Part shown: piece after piece, positions 37,043 through 51,008 of the stretch
Position numbering within the stretch: position 1 is the stretch's first letter
How the letters are laid out: each line of letters opens with the position of its first letter
Assembly: GCA_951406725.2 (NCBI GenBank)
Contig: OX597814.1
Coordinates: forward strand, 104,098,001-104,162,000
DNA: 64,000 bases
Direction: 5' to 3'
Source of the DNA: Octopus vulgaris
Lineage: Eukaryota
Made by a program: the position numbers and the translations under genes
Notes under the pieces: model-generated
What the model was told of the DNA's origin: nothing
Database searches by the model: none
What the model saw: the letters and a program-made list of their open reading frames with translations, nothing else

Positions 37043-37849
37043 TATATATATACATACACATATATATATATATATATGATGTGTGGTGAATTTATAGAAA
37101 GAAGTCCCATAAAACTTATCAATTTAGTCAAAAATGGGGAAGACAAGTTGTTAAAATATATAAGAGAATTTTAATTCATGCAGATGATCGTTTCGTACAG
37201 AGATATAAAAATAATGCAAATTCATGATTGAATATATATAAATTAATTATATATATTATAGTACTCTTCGTAGTTTCAATTCCCAGACCAGCTGCACATT
37301 ATGTTCTTGAGCAAAACACTTTATTTCATGTTGCTCCAGTCCACTCAGCTGTTTATGGATAACCCTGTGATGGATTAGCCTTCCAATCAAGGGGAATGTT
37401 GACTTGTTTGCCCAGCCAGCAGGGTGGCATCATTCGAAAGCTAAAACAATGCAAAGCTTATTGTGACCAGTGATGTATAACAACATCCAATAGTCTGGTA
37501 GATAATGTGATTTATAATATATTAAAACATATATCAATAAAACCTGTTAATTAAACGTGTGTGTGTGTGTGTGCATGTATGTCTCTGTGAGTATATGTAT
37601 ATAAGTATATGTGTACATGTTTGTATGTATGTGTGCCTGAATATATAATTCTGTGTATATATGTGTGTCTATGAGTGTACATATGTGTATATGTATGTGC
37701 CTGGACAGGTGCATGCAAAATGAAAACCTGCATATGCACTCGTTAGTTTCAAAAGTATTAATTTAAAATTTTACTTCAATTTGGAACATTGCTTAAACAG
37801 TAATGCAGTTTGAGTCCTAAAATTTATCATTTTTGATGAATCAACTGCA

Positions 37850-38275
37850 AATTTATGTAAAAGAGAGAAGAGAATGCTGGTTTGGCCATGTGGATGGATG
37901 CTGACAGCTCGGTAAAGAAGAGCCAATCTCTCAAAGTAGATGCAACATGTAGAAGAGATGGGATGAAGTACTGAAGAATGACCTTTCAAACAAGTTGCCT
38001 GGTGCCTAACTGTACCCAAGAAGTCCCGTATCCCACAACAGAAGTGATAAGGCTACTCTCCTTGGTGAAGATGGTTGGCCTGCATGATTGGCACTCTACC
38101 AGTGCCACGTTAAAGCACCCAGTACACTCTGTAAAGTGGTTGGCGATAGGAAGGACACCCAGTTGTAGAAACCATGCCAAATCAAACTGGAATCTGTTGC
38201 AACTCCCCAGCTTGCCAGTTCTGGTCAAACTGTCCAACTCATTCCAGCATGGATGGCTGACATTAAATGATGATG
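37850..38275 (+). mobile_element. Old RTE 3' fragment with (GAT)n tail
   Basis: Degenerate WFGHV.RMDAD-like segment followed by the family B tail. Confidence 0.55.
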
Positions 38276-40610
38276 TATTTGGCTGGAGTTGGTTTTTCCA
38301 AGAATGCAAACAGCATAGGCTGTACGACAGTGTTATTTGCTTACAATTAGCAGGCAATGTCAAGACAAGGAGACACACTCTCTCTCTCTCTCTCTCTCAC
38401 ACACACATGTATGTTGGCAATCTTCTGTGAAATCATGTCCAGCCATGTGCTGTTCTTGTTGAAAGGACTAAGGCAAATACTACCTTACTTGGATACAGAC
38501 GACGGCTGGTGATAGGATGGCCATCTGACTGTAGAAAACCTCAACCGTATCTTGAATTGAGGCCCTTGTTTTACAGCTGAGGGTCCTTAACTGTCTTCAA
38601 TTAAAGGATCTCTTATTTCACACGTTTTTGAAGCCGCAAAGTAAATGGAGAGTTTGTTGAGTGGCAAAATATCAACAGTAACACTGCTGTTTCTAGCTCA
38701 GCAATTTTCAGTGAAGTGTAGGCATAAACACACACACACACATATATATATATATACATATGCACACGGAATTATATATAATATATAAATGCATCTGTTG
38801 CTAGGAAGGGTATCCAGCCGTAGAAACCATACCAAAGCTGACAGTAAGGCGTGGTGCAGTTTTCTCACTTGCCAGCTCCTGTCAAAAGCATCCAACCCAT
38901 GCCAGCATGGAAAGAGGACATTAAATGATGATGAGGCTGGCACACACACACACACACACGCGTGTATAATATATGACGGGTTTGTTTCAATTCCTGCTTG
39001 CCAAGCTTACAAAGCTTGGGTCAACCTAGAGCTATGGAAGTCTCTTGCCCTAGGTGCAGCGCAGTGGGGCTGAACCTATAACCACGTGGTTGCGAAGCGA
39101 ACTTCTTAACCATACAACCTAACCCCCAACTCGTTCTCTCCTTTTGTGCCTCTCTCTCTCTCTATACACACACACACACACACATATATGCTCACGCACA
39201 CATTTATGTATAAGAAAATGGCCATCTTAGTTTAGTGTTTGGTTAAATAATTTTTTGCTGCGATATTTTCTCGCCAACACAACTATTATCACCGTTACCA
39301 TCATCACCATGTCTGTTACATCATAAATCTTTTCATATTGAGGTCTATTGATGATGATGATGATGATGATAATAATAATAATAATAATAAATTTATAAAA
39401 AAAAATAATAATACCAATGTTGATAATACTTGTATCGTTGATGTTTTATATCCAATTATAATAATGTGGACACAAAATCGGGGATTGGTCACTTCGTCGT
39501 TAAAAACCCTAAAATTTCCACCAATTGTTTGTGCAGTAATTTTTGTTTTTTTTCTATTTCTTTGCTTTGATCGATCCCTATCGATGATGTTTCGATATAT
39601 ATTTCATGTATTCTTACCTCCGAATGTTTAGTTTTTCCTGTGAGACTTAAGTTGGTATAAATTAAATGGAGGCTTGTTGGCTCATAATTTGCGTTTCCGT
39701 ACACACACATATAATAATGCACATACACACTTTCGCAGCAACACACATATACACAGCAACATATCTATATACGCACAGAAACACACACATATATCATGTA
39801 GTAACATATTCACACAGCAACATACTAGCAGTAACACATACATGCACACACACACACACACACATACATAGCAACACATACACAAAGTAAACCAGTACAT
39901 ATTTACATGTAATAATACGCATACACTTATCGACAGATACATGTACACACACACACACAAACACACACAACCATTACATATATGTATGTACACACACACA
40001 CTAACCACATCTCTGGGCACGTCTACACCATTTACTACCTGCAAGGTGTTTGTCCAGGTCTGTTATATATTACCAACCATTGTCAACTGCATTAATTGGA
40101 CTAATTCCTGCCGTGTCCAGTGAAGGTGTTGGCTTCTGTCTGGCCATTAATGGTCACACAACACTACAAGAAGATTCCAAACAATAGAATCTCCCTCTCC
40201 ATTCTCTTTTTGTCTTCTCATCTTTCGACTTCAACTAATTTGCTAATTCTTACATTTGATTAATTCCTTCCTTTCTCTCTCTCTCTCTTCTCCGTTCCAA
40301 CCCAGTTTTTCAACATTTCAATGTGTGTATATATATATACATACATGCGTACGCGCGCGCCTCATGGTGATGTTTCTAGTTTTCAGAAAAATCTGCAATA
40401 TTGTCTGTGTATCTCGTGTGTGGTCAATTAAACGAGTTTAACCTTCCAGAAATAGCAGTCAGATCTCCCTCAAGCCTTACTCGGACAACGGACAATGTAG
40501 TCTCTTTCTTATCTGCCCCAAAGTGGGATGGTCAAGACGGGAATGTTTTTTAGAATTAAGTCTGTTGAATAACGGCTTACGTGGTGCCAAATAACAACAC
40601 AGTATACATA

Positions 40611-40646
<36 letters not shown>

Positions 40647-41152
40647 GTGTCGGAATTTATAATTCTACGGGACAGAATTTTGTCAACTGAAGTGAGGTAC
40701 CAAACAAGATGCATCTCCGACCCTTATTGATATCTTTGGTTTCTTGTCCGGCCAAATATTCCATGAAATTTCCCTTCTTAAAAGTAGATTCCGTACACTG
40801 TTGCATGATAAACTCCCTCTCATGATAAACTGGTGACACCACTGGGCTAGACAGGGAACCTTGCTTGGAAGTCGTTGCGAACAACTAAAGAATATTCTGA
40901 CTCTCATAGAAATATATTATGTATATATAATATTATGTATATATAATAACCGGAATAAACACATAAATGTGAAACAAGGTGGAAACTCAGAGTAACAGGT
41001 TTTGTTGAATTTTCTGCTGCTTTAAATAAAGTATATATATATATGAAAGAGAGAGAGAGCGATAATATATACACACGATGTGTTTGTGTGTATGTATATT
41101 TAACTGTAAAGTGTTTTGTGTATATGTTATATGCGTACACATCCCTTGAATG

Positions 41153-41196
<44 letters not shown>

Positions 41197-42534
41197 ATAC
41201 ACACACACACACACACATATCTATGTGTATGTGTGAGAGTATATGTTTATGTATTTACAACTGTGCGCAGAGTGATGTGTTTTGTGGGGGTCTAACTATA
41301 TCAATGAAGTACTTTTTTGTCATTGATTTGTGATCGAACATTAGTATCGATATCGGTGGGTCATCAACTGTCCCCTCTTACTGCCTTAAAGGTGGTGAGT
41401 GTCGATGTGAAACTAAAATTTCCCTCTGAAAGTTTAAAAAAAAAAAAAATCAAGAAAATCGTGGTTCAGTTTGTTGGTAAGACAAATTCTTCAGTGTACA
41501 CACCCAATTTCTGCGAGTGAGTCATGACAAAAGTTAATTCTTTCTAATTTCGAGTTGTTCTCGATAGAGTTTAGAACAAAACAAAAAAAATCTAAAAAAA
41601 AAAAAAAGAAATAAAAAGTCATGGTTTAGATAGCTTTCATCTTGGAAACCATATCACAAGTCTTAAATTACTCTAAATATAAACTCGACGACTAACTGGT
41701 AAAGTATTCCATGTTGAAGTTAAATTAATTGACCTCATTATATACAAATATATACATACATATATATATATATATATCTTATTATAATATATATATAAAT
41801 GTATGTGTTTATCCATCGTTGTTAGATTCTTCTTTCGTTTTATAATGACACTGGACTAGAATGTCGGTGCTCTAAACCCAAGCAACTCTAATAATTGAGT
41901 GAAGGTGGAGAAAGAGAGAGAAGACACCCGTATTGAACTACTTTTTAAGAACATTTTTTCTTTAGGGGGTGGGGAAAGAAGGAAAACCCAAAGCGACCTA
42001 ATTTTTCCTTTCTTTTCTTGTCTTTCAGTCTTTCTTTCTCGATTGTTTGTTATAAATCGTTTCTCGTCTCCTCAGATTTTTTTTCTCTTCCGAAGTGACA
42101 GAGCAAATAACTTATCCTGCCTTCTTCTTCATCTCTCTCTCTCTCTGTCACTATTAATTACCACCACCAATACTACCACCACCACCACTACTACTACTAC
42201 TAAGAAGTTTTGAACTAACTGGCTTTTCAACTTATTGATTGCATTCTATTCTAAAAAAAAAAAAACTAGGTTATTTCCAGGTTTTTTTTTTAAAATACTG
42301 ATTTAAAAATAAATTTTGTATTTGTTATTTTAATACTTCTCGAATTAATTTTGTATTTAATACTGTCAATGATTAGCCTGTAAAAAAGTGTGTTTTTATT
42401 AATAAATTAAATAACGAAAGGAATTATTGTAGAATTATATTACAAATTACTTAATTGTGGTTGCTTGGTTATACATATCTGCCTGACCCGTAACTCCGAA
42501 AACAATCTTTTAAACTCGACTTCTCACTCGGTTA

Positions 42535-42880
42535 TGCGCAGGCGTGGCTATGTGGTAAGGAGATTGTTTCTCAACCACATGGTTCCGGGTTCAGTCTCAC
42601 TGCGTGGCACCTTGGGCAAGTGTCTTCTACTGTAGCCTCTGACCGATCAAGGTCTTGCAGGTGGATTTAGTTGACGGAAACTGAAAGAAGCCTATCGTGT
42701 GTATATATGTGTGCGTGTGTGTTTCTGCTTGTCCCCTTACCACACCTTGGCAACTGGTAGAATAAGTACCAAGCTTTAAAAAAAACGTATTGGGGTTTGA
42801 TTCATTTGACTAAGATTTCTCCATAGTGGTGCACCAGCATGGCCGTTGTCTAATGATTGAAACAAATAAAAAATAAAAGA
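42535..42880 (+). mobile_element. SINE family A variant
   Basis: A/B boxes and CORE-like segment. Related copies lie at about 32905-33300(-), 49200-49480(+), 52115-52285(-), 57905-58212(-) and 60014-60385(+). Confidence 0.75.
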
Positions 42881-42950
42881 GACGTGATATATAACTGCCA
42901 TGCTTTAAACTCTTGATCCTTGAGTCACTCTGTAACGTCTGTCAATTAAA

Positions 42951-43009
<59 letters not shown>

Positions 43010-43674
43010 TTTAGTGTTTCCAGGTAAACAGTTTATATTTATAAATAAAAAAAAAGTGTCACCTGTTCATGACCCAGCCAACAATCTGCTCTTTATTTAC
43101 TTTTGAATTTTTTTTTTTTTCCTTTTCCATTTAAGGCTTGCCATCCATAGTTGGTCAGCTAACTAAATGGCTTAGTAACAGGCAGCAAATTACTAACAAA
43201 CCTCATTAAACTCGTGCTGCCAATAACTAGGTTAGAGAACAGAACATTAGTGAGCTGTGATGACTCAAACTTGATTGTCTGGTGGGAGATGGGGCTGATG
43301 TAACTGCCGCTCTGAGAGATGATGGTGAGAGAGAGGGATTGTGTAAGGAGTGGTGGTCAGTGTGGAACCAGAGGTGGGCTTGTATGTTATTTCTTCAGAA
43401 AACCTCATTGAAGAACGTCTTGAGAAGTGACTAGTTCTGTCATTAATATAAAGACTAGATGTGAATTTGTGTGAATTCTATAAGGTTTTGAAAATTCTCT
43501 GACACCAGATGGCACTGATTCATTCACATCAATTATTTTGGGACAAACATCACAGTAATATGTCTGTTGCCATCATCATCATCATTAGGTTATTGAGGCA
43601 GTTTTTCATTCTGAGTTCAGTTCCTACTGTGTGTGCTTTATATTTCAGTTTTTTAGGGGTTAATTAAATATTGA

Positions 43675-43875
43675 GTCTTCTTCTCTTGTCTTGAGACAGC
43701 ATTCATCCGGGGTGGGTTGAGCTGACTTCATTCATCCTCATTGCTGCATCTCTCACAGTTGCCGACCAGGTCTGGCGATTTGAGGCTAACGACTGCGTGA
43801 TCTCCAACCACTCCTTATTCCAGCGGCGAACGCCGTAGATATGGGGCCTAGGTTGGGTTCCAGATCAGCCTTCCA
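43675..43875 (-). mobile_element. 3' end of a second RTE family
   Basis: Translation KADLEPNLGP/IYGVRRWNKEWLEITQSLASNRQTWSATVRDAAMRMNEVSSTHPG* (one frameshift), then a very short UTR and a caagacaagagaaga tail. Confidence 0.7.
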
Positions 43876-43949
43876 AATATTATGAGTGGGCTGTTCCCAT
43901 TCCACAAAATGGCTGGCATTGTCTGTGTTGTAGTGCCAGACTAGTCTGT

Positions 43950-44118
43950 TAAGAGTACTGGGCTGTATTCTACTGCTATAGTGTGCTCAGAGTACCAGAC
44001 TGTCCTTCTGTAGTGTACTCAGGGTCTGTCAGAGCACCAGATTGTATTCTGCCGTGGTGTACCTGGGGTTTGTTAAAGTACCAGTCTATATTCTATTATT
44101 ATGGTGTACCCAGGGTTA
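43950..44118. repeat. Degenerate minisatellite with units of about 40 bp
   Basis: An agtaccagactgtattct...tagtgtactcagggtctgtt-like unit occurs about 4 times. Confidence 0.6.
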
Positions 44119-44336
44119 ACGCTTACTATTTTTGCCTTCTCAGCTTGATGACATAAGTACCAATTAACAGTGCACCTCCTCCCAATTTGGGGCCTTAGGC
44201 CAAAATTCCAAATAATGTTTATTATCAAAAATAGTGGATTTCCCAGTGACAGTCTTGAGTTCGGTTCATACAGAAGTCACCATGGTTTTCATCTTTCCAA
44301 AACCTGTTAACCATTAGAATCAATTAAATTCTTTAA

Positions 44337-44710
44337 TCTCTCTATATATAAACGGCAGTTTGTCTGTGTGTGTTTCTGTGTGTCTGTCAGGTTGTACCCT
44401 CACCCTGACCACGGCTTTCAACTGATTCTGATGAAACTTGACACACACATAGCCCAATATCATAATTCAAAACTAACGCAGCGAAAATTTTGAAAAGTTC
44501 CCCCAGTTCTGAAAAAGATCGATAAATTCGACATGGGGTCGACAATCAGAAACACAAACCACAGATGGTCTAGGGGACGCAACTCGACCTTTTTAACTAT
44601 CAAAAAAAATTTACCATAATTTTTTTCCCCATTTTTTTGCTATAACTCTCTAAAAATGCTTTATAGTTATTTCCCTTACAAACCCGAGCAACGCCGGGCG
44701 ATACTGCTAG
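44337..44710 (+). mobile_element. Non-autonomous Helitron
   Basis: A|TCTCTATATATAAA start; 3' aaacccgagcaacgccgggcgatactgCTAG|T, which differs by one base from the end of the 26280 element. Confidence 0.85.
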
Positions 44711-46707
44711 TGGAGCAATAAAAGCAGGGAGGTATTCTGCTGGTATTTTGAGTTCATTTTCTTCTGACTTCTGTTGTCCTTTTCTTACATCAAATCTATC
44801 TGTGGCCTCTGTTCAAGGGTAGAAATTATTAAGAGTGGTAGGCTGAACTGTTGTATTAGTTTCGATCTGATCAGGATTCACTTTAATCTCTCTCTCTCTC
44901 TCTGGGGTTCACCCTATAAATCTGTAACACCATGTGATCACCTGACCAATCAGGCCATTCAGTGTTGCTATACATCACTGGTCACTTTGTATTGTTTTAG
45001 CTTTTGAATGATGCCATCCTACTGGCTGGGCAAGCAAGCCAGCATTTCCCCTGAATGGAAGGCTAATCCATCACAGGGGTGGTCCCATTTGCAGCTGAGT
45101 GGACTGGGGCAACATGAAATGAAGTGGTTTGCTCGAGAATGCAACATGCTGCTGGTCTGGGAATTGAACCCATAATTGTAATTGCAACATGCCTAACCAT
45201 TAGGCCATGTGCATTTAAAACTGATAATAGATTAATTATGTCCCTTCCCTACTAATAAGTGGTAGTGTGCTGATAATGTGGATGGTACAATTAGTAAAAT
45301 CTCAGCTAGAATCACTGCTTTCACATCTATTTTACTTTGCTGGCATGGGTTAGGAAAAACTTGTCAAAGCAGATTTTCTAAAGCCAGATGTTTTCTCTGG
45401 TCACCAGTCCTTGTTTCCCATGTAAAGCATCTTCATCTCACCGCTTCTCAAATATCGAAAGCAATGAAGCAACTGAAACTACAGGATTTCTGTTTACCAG
45501 AAAATATAATCAAAGGCACCATTTTTCTTTCGCTCAGTCAGTGTTGGTACAGGGAAAAGACATTCACATGTCCTCTCTCTCTCTCTCTCTTTCACACACA
45601 CACTTGATCTTTTTTTCACGTAAAAGCACCAACCGATCGTGGCCGTTTGCCAGCCTCTTCTGGCCCCTGTGCCGGTGGCATGTAAAAAGCACCCACTACA
45701 CCCACGGAGTGGTTGGCGTTAGGAAGGGCATCCCAGCTGTAGAAACACTGCCAGATCAGACTGGTGCCTGGTGCAGCCTCCTTGGCTTCTCAGGCCCCGG
45801 TTGAACCATCCAACCCATGCTAGCATGGAAAACGGACGTTAAACGTTGACGACGACGATGATGTCTACCTGTCTACCAATTGTTCTAAAAGCATTGGTCA
45901 GCTGAGGACCATGATAGAAGACAGCTCCCCAAAGTGCCTTGCTGTGGATCAAATTAGGAATTTTGTCATTATAAGCAGACACAACACTGTCTGTGATATT
46001 TAGTTGCATCTCTTTAGATTCTTGGTTCAAATCTTGCTCTTTTGGAGTTTGCCTTTCTTTCTTGTAGAATTAACAAAATAAATAACAATTACATTGATCA
46101 GTGCAGATGTGTGGCTGAGTGGTTAAGAAGCCTGCTTCTCCACCACTGGGTTATGGGTTTAGTCCCACTGTATTGCATCTTGGGTAAGTATCTCCTACTT
46201 CAGCTGCAGGCTGACTAAAACCTTGTGAGTGGATTTAGGGGAGAGAAATTGTGATGACACTTGGTTGACAACTTGGAGGAGAGGTTTAGTATGGCTGCAT
46301 CCAGTGTGTGGGATTTTTTTTTATCCTGTGTTTCCTTGTCTTCTTTTGTCATCAACTACATTTTTTATTATTCATATGTGTGTGTGTGCATGTGTTATTG
46401 TTTCCAAATCTTGATATTATGTGGTGGTTGTAAATGAGTATCATCATCATACAAGCAGTGTCCTTTGCTTTCAGTCTTCTGTAAAAATACGTCTGGCTAT
46501 GAGGAAATATATTACCTAGAGACAGGTGGGAGTTGGCAACTGGAAGGACATCTAGCCATACAAAATCTGCTTCATTGTGTTCCATCCATCCTATAACAAC
46601 ATGAAGAACAAATATTGTTAAAATGGTGGTGACGATACTGAGGTTGGTTTGTCTGTTCATATAAGACATCCTTGATAGAAGAGAGATCTCTGTTTGAAAC
46701 CACAGAG

Positions 46708-47245
46708 TACTCCATCGGTTATGGGGTCAAGGCTTCCGGTTGATCCGATCAACTGGACAGCTTGCTTGTGAAACTGACCTGCAAGTGGCTGAGAACTCCA
46801 CAGAGTCGCATACCTATTTCTTTACTACCCACAAGGGGCTAAACACAGAGAAGACAAACAAGGACAAATGGATTAAGTCAATTACATTGACCCCAGTGCG
46901 TAACTGGTACTTATTTAATCAATCCCTAAAGGATGAAAGGCAAAGTCGACCTTGGCGGAATTTGAACTCAGAACGTAGCAGCAGACGAAATACGGCTACA
47001 CATTTCACCCGGCGTGCTAACGTTTCTGCCAGCTCGCTGCCTTCCCTTAATGTATTTCCTCAGGGAAATTCAGTCTGACACAGAATAGGACAAGGCCGGC
47101 CCTTTGAATTACTGGAATGGCTTATTTTTGCCAGCTGAGTGGAAATTAAGTGTCTTGCTTAAGGACACAATGTGCTGTCAGGAATCGAACTCACAATCTT
47201 ATGATTACGAGCTGAATACTGAAACCACTAAGCCATTCACCTTCA
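46708..47245 (-). mobile_element. SINE family D interrupted by a family C SINE (46815-47043)
   Basis: Same architecture as 16578-17125. Confidence 0.7.
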
Positions 47246-50200
47246 CAACACAAGTTGTGGATTAACTCCTGGATTACTGACAACCAGTTGTTGTTACTAG
47301 CTTTTTACTATAACAGACACTGAACCGTGTCTGCAGACACAACAATTCTTAACTGGGATGGAAATGGGTGCCATTCCTATTTCATGGTTGAGTGATTAGC
47401 TGTGGCGTTGGTGCATGCTGTAATAACTACGCAGATTGAGAAAAAACAAAATAATTCATTCTGGAAGGAACAAATGATGAGGGAAATGTTTAGAAATCTT
47501 CATAAAAGGACATTTTTTTTCTTGATAATTTCCACTGTTTAAATTGTTTTAAGTCCTGTTGTAGATTTAGTTATCTGTTTTCACATCTATCAACAGATTC
47601 CATCTCTTTATGCCATATTTCCAGTGAATCACTGACTTATTCCTGTATCACTCTCTCTATTCACCTGTAGTACTTTACTAATTTTATTATTCCATTCATG
47701 GCCACCTCTCCATTGCCTTATTTCCTGCATTCCACCACCACCACCATCATCATTATTGTTTGAACATCCACTTTCCCATGTTTGCATGAGTCAGACTCCC
47801 AATGACTGGATGCCCCTCCTGTTGCTGACCCTCACCTCTTATCAAGCAAGGTCATATTTTCCCATCACCAGACTGGAAGTGAACAACATGGCTTGTACAC
47901 AACCATCATGTGATCTCAAAACAATGCTACACGCATACATCATCATCATCGTTTAAAGTCCATTTTCCATGCTAGCATGGGTTGGACGGTTTGACCGGGG
48001 TCTGGGAAGCCAGGAGGCTGCACCAGGCTCCAGTCTTGATCTGGCAGTGTTTCTACAGCTGGATGTCCTTCCTAATGCCAACCACTCCGTGAGTGTAGTG
48101 GGTGCTTTTTACATGCCACCGGCACGGAAGCCAGTCAAAGCAAAGCTGGCATCGACCACATATGGATGGTGCTTTTTATGTGCCACCGACAGAGGTGTCA
48201 GGGAAGGCTGGCAACGGCCACGATCGGTTGGTGCTTTTTATGTGCCATGGACATTAAATGATGATGAACAGGCTTCTTTCAGTTTCAGTCCATCAAATCC
48301 ACTCTCAAGGCTCTGGTCAGCCTAGAGCTATAGAAGACACTTGACCAAGATGTCATGCACTGGGATTGAACCCCGAACCTTCTCAACCACACAGTCATGT
48401 CTTCACCATATTATCATATGTTGTTTCAGATAAGGATTTTCAGAGTTCTTTCTTTTTAGTTTCTTTACATAATGACCCAGTTCCTTGTAGAAGTTACTCT
48501 GGTTGTTATCTGTTTTGGTTTTTTTTTCTTTCCAAAATGTTCTTTGTCTTTCTGCAGAAATGTTTACTCCAAGTTAACCTGTTTTCATTTGGAACCAAAC
48601 TAAGTAACTGGCTATTCTAATGGATAGGAACCAATATTAGCTTCTTCATTGGGATTGTAAGTCCATTCCAAGACGATTCTGTTTCCTTCTAGACATGCCT
48701 GCTGTCCATTTGTCTATCTTTTACTCATCATGCTTCTTACATTTCTAAAGTTCATGACATCATCAGACATTTTTTTTTTCCTTTTGCTAATTGACTTTGT
48801 CACATCTAAGACAATCATTTGACCCATGGCCATTGCTACCTACAAAGTCATTCTCTCTCCCTCCTCCCCTCTTTCCCCATTTTTCACACTCTTTCTCCAC
48901 TCTCTCTCACTCTCTCTCTCCCATTTATTAAAGTATTGGCATCTCTTGTATATATTTCTTTATTGCCCACAAGGGGCTAAACACAGAGGGGACAAACAGG
49001 GACAGACAAAAGGATTAAGTTGATTACATCGACCCAAGTGCAAAACTGGTACTTTATTTATCGACCCCGAAAGGATAAAAGGCAAAGTCGACCTCGGCGG
49101 AAAGAGTATAAATGCTGTGTTTGAATGTTGGTTTGAAAGATCTAGAAGAAAACAAGAAAAACAACAAAAGAAAAAAAAGCATCAGTTCTTATTGAGAGAG
49201 ACGGAAACTGAAAGAAGCCCATCGTATATATGTATATATATATATGTATGTGTGTGTGTGTGTGTGTGCATATGTTTGTGTGTCTGTTTGTCTCCCCAAC
49301 ATTGCTTGACAACTGATGCTGGTGTGTTTATGTCCCCTGTAACTTAGCAGTTCGGTAAAAGAGACCGATAGAATAAATACTAGGCTTACAAAGAATAAGT
49401 CCTGGGGTCGATTTGCTCGACTAAAGGCAGTACTCCCGCATGGTCACAGTCAAATGACTGAAACAAGTAAAAGAGAAAGATATGTTGGTAGAGGTGAAAC
49501 CTGAAAAATATTTTTTCCCCCAATTTTAGAATTCTTTGTTTGAGTGAGATTTGTCATTTTACCAGTGCTACACTTTTTATGGACAGAGTTTATATCCTTG
49601 AAACTACTTCCTTGTAGTAGCTTATTAATGCCATATTGCTAACAAATTCTCCATTATCTATATTTTAAAGAAGTTCATTATGATATTAATTGTTCTTCTA
49701 GTGATTCCATTTTTCTATTCCACTTTCCGTGTCATTTGTCTAACAGTTGCCCGTAACCTTGCTGGAACTTATTGTCAACTTTGAAACAATGATTCATTGA
49801 AATGTTATTGGACCAAAAGAAATTATAAATCCTGAATTTGTTTCAATATTTCAACCTGCAGACATATTTCCTTTGTTTCTCTCAGTTTCGGCTGTCTTTC
49901 TGTTACCTTTTCCTGGGAAACCTAACATCCAAGACTTTTTTTTAATTAAGTAGGAAATGGTAGTTCTTTGGTAACTCTAAGTGATTTTGTTTTGATCAAT
50001 ACTAGTTGTGCATCTGTGTTCCCTTTTCTTCATTTTGCAGTACAAAAAATCTTATCCATTACAGAATATTTTCAAAATATTTATGGTTTACTTAACTTTA
50101 ATCCGGTTTTGATGGTCCTCTTCTACCTTAGCCAAACAATTATGTATTTTCTGCATGTTCATCATCATCATCATCATCGTTTAACATCCGTTTTCCATGC

Positions 50201-51008
50201 TAGCATGGGTTGGACAGTTTGACCGGGGTCTGGGAAGTCAGGAGGCTGCACCAGGCTCCAGTCTGATCTGGTAGTGTTTCTACAGCTGGTTGCCCTTCCT
50301 AATGCCAACCACTCCGTGAGTATATTGGGTGCTTTTTACGTGCCACCAGCACAGGTGCCAGGGGAGGCTGGCAACGACCATGATCGGTTGGTGCTTTTTA
50401 CGTGCCACTGGCACAGGTGCCGGGGGAGGCTGGCAACGGCCACGATCGGTTGGTGGTTTTTACGTGCCACCAACACGGAAGCCAGTCAAGGTAGCGCTTA
50501 TTTTTTTTTTGCATATTCAAACAGAATGTCTGTAGAATATTTGTAGGATTGTTGATGTGAACTTAGTTGTTGAGACATTTTGTTTCTCAGGAGGTTCATT
50601 AAGCCACTAATAACCACATGCACTGCATAAGTTCGTTATTGTGTGTGACTGTTTGTAATAGTGTTCAAGTGTGTTGATGTTGAAAAAGTTTGGTTTTCTA
50701 ATGTAACTGAATTCCAACACAATATTTAATCTTTAATAAGCGTTATCTTTCTATTATTCTGGTTTGTCACTTTTTTTGCAAGTAAACGTTTCATTTTAGT
50801 TTAATGTCAGAATGAAATTTCAACAAAGAAAGCATTACATATTTCAAATATTAGTAAATTAATAATCTAAAAAGTTAGATATTTTGTTTAACACTCCACC
50901 TCTAAAAACAAAAACAAAAACAAAAAAGTGAATTTGTTCCGTCAGCTGTTGATTTTGTCTAGAAATAGGATTGTGAAAGGATTAAGATAATAAAGATTAC
51001 TTGCTTGA

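Noticed and set aside
37184-37276. Additional hammerhead on the minus strand (acgaagagtac...gtacGAAAcgatca)
   Set aside because: The CUGA box is mutated and stem I is not evident; at most a dead relic.
40657-40907. Two overlapping ORFs of about 75 aa in the CpG island
   Set aside because: No ATG-supported domain or ERK similarity, and the segment is flanked by (TA)n like a repeat insertion.
47756-47775. TTTGAACAT as a possible ERK exon 2 (PFEHQTY)
   Set aside because: The surrounding codons do not match ERK; it lies in a decayed retroelement tail.
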